This document shows, piece after piece, positions 1 to 8,980 of a stretch of DNA of 64,000 nt. The notes beneath the pieces were generated by a model. It did no database searches and was not told the origin of the DNA. It was given only the letters and a program-made list of their open reading frames with translations. The stretch is taken from the NCBI GenBank assembly GCA_048940925.1, contig JBHLOC010000019.1, positions 21,977-85,976 on the forward strand, given 5' to 3'. This DNA is from Promethearchaeota archaeon (GTDB taxonomy: Archaea; Asgardarchaeota; Lokiarchaeia; Sigyniarchaeales; SOKP01). Position 1 is the stretch's first letter. Each line of letters starts with the position of its first letter. Both the position numbers and the translations under genes were made by a program.

Positions 1-745
1 TTACATCTTTATTGTATTAAAAATACTCATTTGGAATCAGGAAGATGAAGTTTTCGAAACTGAACAAATAAGTTTTATCTTAGGTATAAATTTTGTAATA
101 TCTTTTGTAGAACAAGAGAGCAATATTTTCAATCCAATAATTGAAAGAATAGAATTTAAAAAAGGACGGATCAGAGGAATGAACGCTGATTACTTAATTT
201 ATGCATTAATAGATGTAATTGTAGATGATTATTTTATAATTTTGGAACTTATAGGAGAGACTATTGAGGAGATTGAAGATAATTTAATTAAGAATCCTGA
301 ACCTGAAGTCTTACAATCTATTTATCAACTGAAAAGGAATAGTATAGATGTAAGAAAATCAATTTGGCCTTTAAGAGAAGTTATTAATAAGTTGATACGA
401 GTGCAATCAAATTTGTTTTCTGATGAATTACAAATCTACACAAGAGATCTTTATGATCACATTTTTCGTATCAGCGATCTATTAGAAAACTATAGAGATA
501 TAATATTTGGAATGTTAGATATGTATCTTTCGAGTGTTAGTAATAGAATGAATGAAATTATGAAAGTCCTTACAATTATCTCAACAATATTCATCCCATT
601 ATCGTTTTTAGCTGGTTTTTATGGAATGAATTTTATCTATATGCCCGAACTTAAATCTCCACTAGCATATCCAATGCTTATTTTAATAATGAGTTTGATT
701 GCTACTGTTATGATAATGTTTTTTAGGAGAAAAAAATGGATTTAA
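1..745 (+). CDS. corA: Magnesium/cobalt transporter CorA (5' truncated by window edge)
   Basis: Frame is open from position 2 (YIFIVLKIL...EQISFILG...) into the ORF-track protein; GMN signature (FYGMNF), MPEL loop and two C-terminal TM helices ending RRKKWI. Confidence 0.95.
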   Translation, partial: YIFIVLKILIWNQEDEVFETEQISFILGINFVISFVEQESNIFNPIIERIEFKKGRIRGMNADYLIYALIDVIVDDYFIILELIGETIEEIEDNLIKNPEPEVLQSIYQLKRNSIDVRKSIWPLREVINKLIRVQSNLFSDELQIYTRDLYDHIFRISDLLENYRDIIFGMLDMYLSSVSNRMNEIMKVLTIISTIFIPLSFLAGFYGMNFIYMPELKSPLAYPMLILIMSLIATVMIMFFRRKKWI

Positions 746-843
746 CAAAACCTTTATAAATTTGAATTTAATCTTTTTTTATCAAAAACATTATAAAAAA
801 AGGAAACTATAGAATTTTAACAAAAACACATCAAAAATGAAAA

Positions 844-1035
844 ATGATACCAAAAAAAGTAATTGAAAATTTAATAAATAACTACATATATGTTTACGTT
901 AAAAATATTAACAAAGAATTTGCTGGAAAAATTATTTCTATAACGGATGCTGATGTACTAGTCTTAGAAGATAAAAATAATAACCTTGTCAATATTCCAA
1001 TTTCAGAAATAAGTGTAATTACAGAGAGAAGATAA
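844..1035 (+). CDS. Small Sm/Lsm/Hfq-like fold protein
   Basis: 63 aa; N-terminal helix, then beta-strand pattern VYVKN...FAGKII...LVLED...NIPISEISVI typical of Sm1/Sm2 motifs. Confidence 0.6.
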   Translation: MIPKKVIENLINNYIYVYVKNINKEFAGKIISITDADVLVLEDKNNNLVNIPISEISVITERR

Positions 1036-1070
1036 GATTTTCTTATGCATATATAATCCAATGATAACTC

Positions 1071-1673
1071 TTGCTAATCAGTATATCGCATATTGTAATG
1101 TTTTATAATAATGGAACTGTTTTTCAAACTACATTTGAGCAAGAAATTAATGGTCCAAAATTAGGTGAAAATTTAGCCGAATTTTTAACTCCCATAAGAA
1201 ATGTATATAACATTTGTAATTTCAAATCAGAAGATTAGAAAAAACTAATTTTTGAGACCGATGAGATATCTACAATAATTTTAAAGCTTGGAGAAGATAG
1301 TAATATTCCTTTATTTTTTAAAAAAGAAGAAGTAAAAGATATAAAATTGAGTTCCATCAGACGCTATTTAACTAGAATAGAAGAACTAATTGATATGGAT
1401 GAAAAAGAAATTATTCTTCAAGAAATATTAAATAAAGAAGACCAATTAACAAAAATGCAAGAATTTCTCCAACCCAATCAACAAACTATTCAAAATTTAC
1501 ATGAAGAATTAAAGAATCTGGATTCAAGTGAACTCCAAGAAGAATTTAAAAGGGTTGAAGAAGAAATAAATTCTCTAGAAGAAGATTGCATAAAGTTAAG
1601 AAAAGAGATTACTAATAATAATGAACAGATTCTAAATTTAAAAGAAATTATTAAAAAAGGTAAAAATCCTTAG
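1071..1673 (+). pseudogene. Alpha/beta (roadblock/longin/profilin-like) N-domain plus coiled coil, interrupted by an in-frame TAG at 1236-1238
   Basis: The frame of ORF 1347..1673 reads protein-like back to TTG 1071 (ISHIVMFYNNGTVFQTTFEQ...NFKSED*KKLIFETDEISTIILKLG) with one internal stop; the fold call is inference. Confidence 0.55.
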
Positions 1674-1814
1674 ATTTTGTTACCAAATTTAAATATTTCA
1701 GATTGTAAAATTAAAAATTAATCATTTATAAATTAGATATCAGTATAATTTATATTAGCAATATATTGTTTAAAAATTCAAATCTTTTAAAATTAATATA
1801 AAGGTGATTATCAT

Positions 1815-2483
1815 ATGCAAAATTTAAAACAAATTGAAAAAGAAGCTCAAGAACATCGTAAAATAGCTCAGCATGAAAAAGACGTTGCCCAAAAATTAAA
1901 AATGAGTGCTTCAACTGAAATTAAAAAATCCAAAGCTAGAGAAACTTTAATGAAAATTGAATATAAATTAGCAGATATAAAACAAGATTTGGCAGAAAAA
2001 AGAAATAACTTAGCGAAAGAAAAGACAGAAATCAAAAATAATAAGATTTTAGATTTTTCTGAAGAGGAATTAAAAATTGAAAGAGATTATGCTATATATA
2101 ATGAAAAAATAGCTAAAAATCAAAAAGAGATTGCTGAAATCAATAAAAAAATAGCTATAGCTGAGAAAGAAATAGCTGAACAAAAAGTAAAATTAGCAAA
2201 AGAAAAATTAAACCTAGCTAAAACAAGAGAAGAACTAGCGAAAAAACAATTAGCTTTTATCAAGATAGCACAAACTCAGGCTTCAGATGATAAAATTTTG
2301 AAAGCTAAAAATAATGCAGAAAAGCAAAAAGAAGAACTAATTAAAAAAAAAAATGAAATAATAGATTCAGAAAAAAAAGTGAAGAAAAGAGAAAATAAAC
2401 TCGCTAATTTAAAGAAAGATTTATCCTTAAAACTTGCTGAAAGAGAAAAAATTAGACATCCTGGAGTGATTGTAGCGGGATAA
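1815..2483 (+). CDS. Lys/Glu-rich all-coiled-coil protein (paralog 1)
   Basis: 222 aa heptad pattern; GGTGA RBS upstream; collinear with 3584..4240 (shared KARE, AIYNEK, KLAEREKIR). Confidence 0.85.
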   Translation: MQNLKQIEKEAQEHRKIAQHEKDVAQKLKMSASTEIKKSKARETLMKIEYKLADIKQDLAEKRNNLAKEKTEIKNNKILDFSEEELKIERDYAIYNEKIAKNQKEIAEINKKIAIAEKEIAEQKVKLAKEKLNLAKTREELAKKQLAFIKIAQTQASDDKILKAKNNAEKQKEELIKKKNEIIDSEKKVKKRENKLANLKKDLSLKLAEREKIRHPGVIVAG

Positions 2484-2597
2484 TTTTTGAGCTTTTATAT
2501 ATACTTTAGAAAATCCCTTTTAGCTGAATTTTCATTAAAGTTTTAATTGAATTTTATATGGTTTAGATTATTAATTTGAAGTTCTTAATTTATTTTT

Positions 2598-3167
2598 TTA
2601 TTTAAGGTTAAATTCTAAATGAATCAAATTTGATGTTTTTTCTTCTATTGTGATAACAAACTCCAAATTGAAATACTCGGATAAGAGATATTTATAAAAT
2701 TTAGAAAAAAAATTCGAAAATATCTCATCTAGATCATGTAAACCTCTAAAAGTATATATTGTATCTTGGATTTGAATATCAAGAGTATTAAACCATTTTA
2801 ATCCGTTTTTACCAAAAAAATTGATTGAAAAAATAGCATAAGCTTTCAATGACTCATCATTCATCGTTTTAGCTACTAAAAATTTCATTATATTTGAGAA
2901 TAGATCAGCAGAATCCTTAGCAATTATATTTAAATCCTCTTCCTCTAAGTTAGAAAGGATCTTAGAAAAAACCGTTTTAGATATCATAATCATCTCGTTA
3001 GTTTGATTGAATAATTCTAAGTTCAACCATTGTTCAATAGCATCCTTCGCGACCAAACCACGTGTTTTATTATCCTGTTTTGCAAGTAGATCCAATTTAT
3101 AAAGTATTTCTTCTGACAGTCTAAATCCGAGAAAATTGCTTTTTTTTGCTTTTTTTGCCATTGTCAA
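2598..3167 (-). CDS. Ribbon-helix-helix (CopG-like) transcriptional regulator with C-terminal ligand-binding-like domain
   Basis: N-terminal FLGFRLSEEILYKLDLLAKQDNKTRGLVAKDAIEQWL fits the RHH strand-helix-helix pattern; divergent from the 3338 unit; likely ATG start at 3161. Confidence 0.7.
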   Translation of the reverse strand: MTMAKKAKKSNFLGFRLSEEILYKLDLLAKQDNKTRGLVAKDAIEQWLNLELFNQTNEMIMISKTVFSKILSNLEEEDLNIIAKDSADLFSNIMKFLVAKTMNDESLKAYAIFSINFFGKNGLKWFNTLDIQIQDTIYTFRGLHDLDEIFSNFFSKFYKYLLSEYFNLEFVITIEEKTSNLIHLEFNLK

Positions 3168-3197
3168 ATCGTTTGTTGTTAATCGAATCCTAAAACA

Positions 3198-3270
3198 TTT
3201 TCAATGTATATAATTAGTTTTCAATGTATTTAAAGTTGTCGATCAAAGCTATTGTTTTCAAATGAAAACA
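3198..3270. promoter_or_regulatory. Candidate operator: direct repeat TTTTCAATGTAT (3198-3209, 3218-3229) and inverted repeat TGTTTTCA-AA-TGAAAACA (3253-3270)
   Basis: Repeats read directly in the divergent intergenic region next to the RHH regulator; they share a TTTTCAA core. Confidence 0.5.
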
Positions 3271-3337
3271 TTTAAATATAATGAAATCTTCATTGCGAAT
3301 TATAGTTCAAATATTTAAAAATTAGGAGGAATAAAAA

Positions 3338-3502
3338 ATGAATCAAGAAATAAATTCAAAAAAGAAGAAAAAATATGATGAAGATGAAGATTATGATGAA
3401 AATAATGATGGATACTACGAAGATGAAGATGACGAAGATGATTGGGATTATGATGACGATGAAAAAGAAGAAATAGATGATTATGATGAAATCTATAGTT
3501 AA
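3338..3502 (+). CDS. Small hyper-acidic, Tyr-rich protein (54 aa; not in ORF track)
   Basis: AGGAGGA RBS at 3324-3330; MNQEINSKKKKKYDEDEDYDENNDGYYEDEDDEDDWDYDDDEKEEIDDYDEIYS*. Confidence 0.75.
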   Translation: MNQEINSKKKKKYDEDEDYDENNDGYYEDEDDEDDWDYDDDEKEEIDDYDEIYS

Positions 3503-3583
3503 TTCCATTAGAATCATAATAAATAGATTTTAAAAAAAAAATATAAAAAAAATTAAATAAATTAAGTATAGAGGTGTGTATAA

Positions 3584-4240
3584 ATGGAAGAAGTCAAAAA
3601 TGTAGAAAAGTTAGCTCTTGAAAATTCAAACATAGCAAGAGATGAAAAATTAACAGCAACGGAAATGAAAACTTTAGCAAAACAAGAAGTAAAAAAAGCG
3701 AAAGCAAGAGAGATGCTAGTTAAAAATGAAATTGAACTAACGAAGATAAGAGAAAGATTAGCTGAAAAAGGCAAGAAATTAGTGGAGCGAAAAGAAAAAG
3801 TAAAAGACATTTTAAAATTTTCTGCAGAAAGTTTGAAAGCTGAGAAAAATCAAGCAATCTATAATGAAAAGGTTGCTGAGGTGCAGAAAAAAGTAGCTGA
3901 AATTCAACGAAAAATTGCTCAAGCTGAAACTGATGTTGCAGAAGTAAAGGTTAAACTGGCTAATAAGAAACTTGATGAAACTAAAGAAAGAACAAATTTA
4001 TCAAAAAAGCAATATGCATATGTTAAATTAGTAAATAGTAGCGCTCCTGCAGAAAAAATCACAAAAGCTGAAGAAACGTATCTAAAACAACAGAAAGGTC
4101 TAACCAGATTTGAAACTGATGCGATGGAAATCAATAAAGAGATTGTAGATAGACAGAATAAATTAGCTGATCTTAAAAAAGAACTCTCAGAAAAATTAGC
4201 AGAAAGAGAAAAAATCCGACCAGCAGGAAGCACGCTGTAA
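3584..4240 (+). CDS. Lys/Glu-rich all-coiled-coil protein (paralog 2)
   Basis: 218 aa; GAGGTG RBS; collinear with 1815..2483. Confidence 0.85.
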   Translation: MEEVKNVEKLALENSNIARDEKLTATEMKTLAKQEVKKAKAREMLVKNEIELTKIRERLAEKGKKLVERKEKVKDILKFSAESLKAEKNQAIYNEKVAEVQKKVAEIQRKIAQAETDVAEVKVKLANKKLDETKERTNLSKKQYAYVKLVNSSAPAEKITKAEETYLKQQKGLTRFETDAMEINKEIVDRQNKLADLKKELSEKLAEREKIRPAGSTL

Positions 4241-4342
4241 AGAATGATTCAAAAAAGAGAATATATTTCAACAAAATAATTTTTTTTTCTATTCATAGTA
4301 AATACTGAAGAAAATGGGCAGAATAGAATTTAGGTTTTTTAA

Positions 4343-4537
4343 ATGATGTTAAATCAAATAATAATTCTAATCATTCTTTTATTTGGTGTTTTAATAGTAT
4401 CTTTTATATTAGTAATCAGTTTATTTATCAATGCATTAAAAGAAAAGTCAGATAACCTTTATTTCTTCATCTCTTTATTAGGACTTGTAATTATATTCGT
4501 AATACCTGTTATTTTAGGATTGATCCAAGAATTGTAA
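4343..4537 (+). CDS. Small two-TM membrane protein
   Basis: 64 aa with two hydrophobic stretches separated by KEKSDN. Confidence 0.6.
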   Translation: MMLNQIIILIILLFGVLIVSFILVISLFINALKEKSDNLYFFISLLGLVIIFVIPVILGLIQEL

Positions 4538-4749
4538 AAATAAAATTATTTCTTATTAGTTTAAATTAAAGAAAGAATAAAATATTGAAGGAACAAATAT
4601 ACCATTTTTTTATTCATTTTAATTTAATTATAATAAAACATTTATAGATTTATTTAACAAATTTTTTAATTTACTTTTAATAGATCTAAATATTACGATA
4701 TAAAATTGCATAATCATTTAATATTAATATAAAAGAAGTGGAATTGTTA

Positions 4750-5634
4750 ATGGCTAAGGCGGAAGAATATAAAATGTTCCAAGGTTGCGTTATCGGCAAC
4801 AGAATTCCTTTCATTGAAGCCTCTGCTAGAAAGGTATTTGACAAACTCGGGATAAAAACATCGGATGCAGCTTTTGCATGTTGTCCAGATCCTGTCGGAT
4901 TCAATAGTACTGATCATCTTAGCTGGATGGCAATGGGGGCGAGAAATCTTACTCTAGCAGAAAATGATGGAAAAGATATCATCTCACTGTGTAATGGATG
5001 TTTTCAAACATTAAAACTTGTTAATGAAGAATTAAAGCATGATGATCATGAAAAAGAAAGCATTAATAAGATTTTAAAAACAGTTGGTAAAGAATTCAAA
5101 GGGACTATTAATGTGAAGCATTTTGTAGAGGTTTTACATGACTATGTTGATAAAATAAAGGAGAATGTAAAAAATGAGCTGAGCGGATTGAAAGTGGCAT
5201 GTCACACGGGATGTCACTATAATAGACCTTCAGAGAAAATGCAAACAGATGATCCTATGAATCCAGTGAAATTGAGAGAAATTGTGGCAGCAACAGGAGC
5301 TACTCCAGTCGATTATGAAGAAGAGATGCTATGCTGTGGTTCAGGAGTTGGGAATGCAGAAGAAGAGCCAGCAATGCAAATTTTATCAAATAAGTTGACA
5401 AGTGCTATGAATGCTGGAGCTGAAGCAATGATCGTTAATTGTCCTGCATGTTTTCAACAATTTGATAACAATCAGAAGAAGGCTAGTGAAGTTAGTGGAA
5501 AGACATTTAATATTCCTGTGTTGTATGTAACTGAATTACTTTCTCTTGCTTTTGGTGAACAACCAGATGATTTAGGACTAAAGTTTCACCGTACAAGGTT
5601 AACAGCTTTTTTGGGAAAGCATGGATTTAAATAA
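4750..5634 (+). CDS. hdrB: Heterodisulfide reductase subunit B-like CCG-domain protein
   Basis: FQGC...ACCP...CNGC and HTGCH...LCCGSG...CPACFQQFD, ending IPVLYVTELLSLAFG; ATG 4750 preferred over GTG 4738. Confidence 0.9.
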   Translation: MAKAEEYKMFQGCVIGNRIPFIEASARKVFDKLGIKTSDAAFACCPDPVGFNSTDHLSWMAMGARNLTLAENDGKDIISLCNGCFQTLKLVNEELKHDDHEKESINKILKTVGKEFKGTINVKHFVEVLHDYVDKIKENVKNELSGLKVACHTGCHYNRPSEKMQTDDPMNPVKLREIVAATGATPVDYEEEMLCCGSGVGNAEEEPAMQILSNKLTSAMNAGAEAMIVNCPACFQQFDNNQKKASEVSGKTFNIPVLYVTELLSLAFGEQPDDLGLKFHRTRLTAFLGKHGFK

Positions 5635-5667
5635 TTTAACTTTTTATTTTCCTAATACTTGTTTTAA

Positions 5668-6852
5668 CTAAGAAACATACCTATTTAATAGTAATAGTTC
5701 TATTTCTGCTATGAGATCTTCAGGCATCTGTGTTAAATAACCTTGGGAAGATTTAGGGCTTCCACCACCCTTCCCACCAAATTTGTTTATTAATTTTTGT
5801 AGAAGGTCATTCGAATTTATTATTTCATTTAAAGAAAGTATTCTTATTTTATTATTTTCAAATTTGAAAATCAGAAGTGAATTTAAAGGAAAATTATCTA
5901 ATGATTTGTTTATAGTCTTAATATCGACTTCAAAATTGATTAGAAAGAGTGGAATTTCATTAATTAATTTTAAAGGAGATTTAGAAATCAATTCTAATAG
6001 CTTAAAAGATAATTCATTGTTTTGATTTTGAATTTTTTTTATTAATCCTAACCGTTTTTTAAGTAATTCTTTCAGTTTTATTATAGAAGAGTTGATATCA
6101 TTAGCCAGATCAATTAGATCTATATTTAAATTTGTACTCATTTCTAAAGCTTTATTACCTACGACGTATTTAATCTCTTTTCCCTTTTTAAATTCATAGA
6201 TTAATAACGCGCCAATTTCTGTAGTATTCTTTACATGGGTTCCTCCACAACATACTAGATCTAAATCTTGAATTTCCATTAACCGTATATTAGAATTATC
6301 AGGAATAACACTTCTTATTTTCTCAGAATTTTTTACAGCTTCTTCACGCGGAATTATTTTTGCATTCATTTTGAAATTTTGAGTAGTACAGATTTTATTA
6401 ACTTCAGTTAAAAGCTCATTCAATTGCTTATAATTTACTTTTTGAGAAAATTCAATGAAAACATCTTCAAAACTGAGATTCGCGCGTTCAGTATCGATAT
6501 CATATTTTTTTTTAATAACTGCTGAGAAAATATGTTGAGAAGTATGAGCTTTCATTATACCATAACGAAATTTCCAATCAATTTCCCCCTCAACCTGATC
6601 TCCAATATTAAAATTTTTTATACTGTTAGGTGATACTTGATGTAAAATATCTTCTCCATCCTTAACAACATGAAAAACTTCAATTTTTAGATCCTTAATG
6701 CGGAAATATCCACGATCACTTATTTGATTGCCACTTTCAGGATAAAATAAAGTTTTATCTAACACAATACCATTTTCTCTAATAACTTCAATTTTTGCTC
6801 TAAACTTGGTTTCATAAGGTGTTTTCCAATACAGTTTTTGGGTCATTTTCAA
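5668..6852 (-). CDS. alaX: Alanyl-tRNA editing protein, long AlaX type with C-Ala/DHHA1 domain
   Basis: TLFYPESGNQISDRG, Zn ligands HTSQH and CCGGTH, C-terminal GGKGGGS. Confidence 0.88.
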   Translation of the reverse strand: MKMTQKLYWKTPYETKFRAKIEVIRENGIVLDKTLFYPESGNQISDRGYFRIKDLKIEVFHVVKDGEDILHQVSPNSIKNFNIGDQVEGEIDWKFRYGIMKAHTSQHIFSAVIKKKYDIDTERANLSFEDVFIEFSQKVNYKQLNELLTEVNKICTTQNFKMNAKIIPREEAVKNSEKIRSVIPDNSNIRLMEIQDLDLVCCGGTHVKNTTEIGALLIYEFKKGKEIKYVVGNKALEMSTNLNIDLIDLANDINSSIIKLKELLKKRLGLIKKIQNQNNELSFKLLELISKSPLKLINEIPLFLINFEVDIKTINKSLDNFPLNSLLIFKFENNKIRILSLNEIINSNDLLQKLINKFGGKGGGSPKSSQGYLTQMPEDLIAEIELLLLNRYVS

Positions 6853-6975
6853 ATTTCTCTTGAAAAGATTATTATGAGATTAAGTCAATAAATATTGTCA
6901 CATATTTCAAAATATAATATACTTATAATAATATGGCGTATAATTTTGACTTATTTTTCCATTTACTTCTATTTT

Positions 6976-8292
6976 TCAATCGATTAATTTTCCGAATAAA
7001 TTAAAACCATTTATATATACGATTTTTACTCTTACAAATTTACCAAATTTTCCTTTATAATCATCTATAAAAACATTTTTATAGGCATAATTTCTACCAA
7101 AAGCTTGATGCCTTTCTGAGCCTTCATGCAATAATAATACTTCACCCTTCCAATCCTTCCATTTATCGTTAATATGCTCCAGATTATTTTTAAAAACTTT
7201 TGATAATCTTATTGATCTTTGTTTTATTGTTTGACTATCGATTTGTTTCATTTTCTTTGCTTTTGTACTTGGACGAGCTGTGAACTTTGAAATATTTAAA
7301 ATCTCAGGTTTTAACCATTTTATAAAATTAATAGTTCTATAGAAATCATATTCCGTTTCACTAGGAAAACCACAAATTATATCTGTAGCTATTGTAAGAC
7401 TTGGATAATGCATTCTTAATGTTTCAATTTTATCAATAATTTCTGAAATTAAATACTTTCTTTCCATTGTTTTTAGGATATTATTACTCCCTGACTGAAT
7501 TGGGATGTGTAAAAACTGATAAATTTTTGGGAGTTTAAAAATTGAAATCAACTGTTCAGAATTATTAATTAAAAAACTGGGATTAATCATTCCTACCCTC
7601 AAAAAGAACTTAAACTTCAAGCTTGTAATTTTATTAATTAAATTATATAATGAAATTCCATTTGATTGATATACACTGCAATCTTGTGAAGTTAAATATA
7701 TTTGTTTAATCCCTTGTTTCAATTGATACTTAACATTCTGAATTATATTATTAGGATTATAACAGTTTAATGTTCCCCTAGCATTCTTTACACAGCAATA
7801 AGTACAAGATCCTTCACATCCTTCTGAAATTGGAATAATTCCAGTTATTTTTCCCTGACGATGATTAATAAGTATTTCTGCTTTATCAATTGAATGTTCT
7901 GATTTAAATATTAAATTTTTTCCATCCTTTTTAATTTCCTTAAATATTTCAGGAAGTTGAGTAATATTATCTAAATCTATGATAGCTGAAAATGAAGGGA
8001 TCACTCTTTTAATTACTTTTATATAATTTGGAGCTATATGCGGTAAACAACCCGCAATTATAATATACTTATTGGCTATAGATTGATAAAGTTGATTTAA
8101 TTCCTTCAAACGAGCTTTAATTTTATTTTCAGTTTGTTCCTTGACTCCACAAGTATTTATAATGACAAATTGAGCCTCTTCTTGAGATGCTTTGAAATAA
8201 TTCGAATTTAACAAAGTATTTTCGATTATATATGAATCAGCTTTATTTGAAGCGCATCCATAGGTTTCTATATAAAACGAATTCTCTAGCAA
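6976..8292 (-). CDS. tRNA methylthiotransferase, MiaB/MtaB (archaeal CDKAL1-like) radical SAM family
   Basis: UPF0004 ETYGC..N, INTCGVK, AGC; CEGSCTYC radical SAM motif; HIPIQSGS; TDIICGFPSET; TRAM-like C-terminus. Confidence 0.9.
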   Translation of the reverse strand: MLENSFYIETYGCASNKADSYIIENTLLNSNYFKASQEEAQFVIINTCGVKEQTENKIKARLKELNQLYQSIANKYIIIAGCLPHIAPNYIKVIKRVIPSFSAIIDLDNITQLPEIFKEIKKDGKNLIFKSEHSIDKAEILINHRQGKITGIIPISEGCEGSCTYCCVKNARGTLNCYNPNNIIQNVKYQLKQGIKQIYLTSQDCSVYQSNGISLYNLINKITSLKFKFFLRVGMINPSFLINNSEQLISIFKLPKIYQFLHIPIQSGSNNILKTMERKYLISEIIDKIETLRMHYPSLTIATDIICGFPSETEYDFYRTINFIKWLKPEILNISKFTARPSTKAKKMKQIDSQTIKQRSIRLSKVFKNNLEHINDKWKDWKGEVLLLHEGSERHQAFGRNYAYKNVFIDDYKGKFGKFVRVKIVYINGFNLFGKLID

Positions 8293-8407
8293 AACTTTTC
8301 ATTTAAAAAGAATATAATACTTTATAAAAACACCTTGATTATTGACTAATAATACTTTTTTAAATTAAAATAAACTAGCATATTTTAAACAAAAAAGTTG
8401 GGTAGAG

Positions 8408-8845
8408 ATGTCCAAAAAAGTCAAATATGCATATTGTAAAGTATGTAAACATGAAGTAGAAAATGCTACTAAAAAGCCAATGACTACAAGTCAAAAAATT
8501 GGCTGGTTAATTGGTATTGTAGGTACTTTAGGAATTGCTGCTATTGTTTTGGCAATCATTCAATCAAACAAACCTAAAAATTATTGTCCTTACTGCTACT
8601 CTAAATTAGAATACTCAGATGAACCATTTGAAAAACCAAAAAAGAAACCTGAAAAAATGACATCAAAAGAAAAATTACTTGAAAAAGCTGGAATTGAAGA
8701 AGAACCAAAAGAAAAGTCAGAACGAGAAAAACCTTCAAAGAAGAAAACTGAAGAAGTAAAGAAGATATACTGCCCTTATTGTGGAGAAGAACTAGACGAA
8801 AAGTATCCAACTTGTCCATTTTGTCAGTCTGTTATAGAGTTTTAG
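8408..8845 (+). CDS. Membrane-associated zinc-ribbon protein (CxxC-hydrophobic-CxxC, LITAF-like) with second C-terminal zinc ribbon
   Basis: CKVC...GWLIGIVGTLGIAAIVLAII...CPYC, charged linker, then CPYC...CPFC. Confidence 0.7.
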   Translation: MSKKVKYAYCKVCKHEVENATKKPMTTSQKIGWLIGIVGTLGIAAIVLAIIQSNKPKNYCPYCYSKLEYSDEPFEKPKKKPEKMTSKEKLLEKAGIEEEPKEKSEREKPSKKKTEEVKKIYCPYCGEELDEKYPTCPFCQSVIEF

Positions 8846-8980
8846 TTTCAAGTATTATAACTCGAATAGATTTTCATATCAATAAAATAATAAAAATAAA
8901 TAATAGAATAACTAATAATAAAAGTATATAATTTTGAAAATCTAAATTTAATTTTATTAAAAAAAATAGTTGAGAAAATT

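Noticed and set aside
1236-1238. Genome-wide TAG recoding
   Set aside because: Several intact genes in the window end at TAG at their expected C-termini
3562-4233. Antisense ORFs 3562..3810 and 3919..4233, and similar shadow ORFs throughout (e.g. 5783, 8601, 10579, 14267, 31374, 39924, 56167)
   Set aside because: They overlap well-supported genes on the opposite strand or in another frame and have no recognisable motifs
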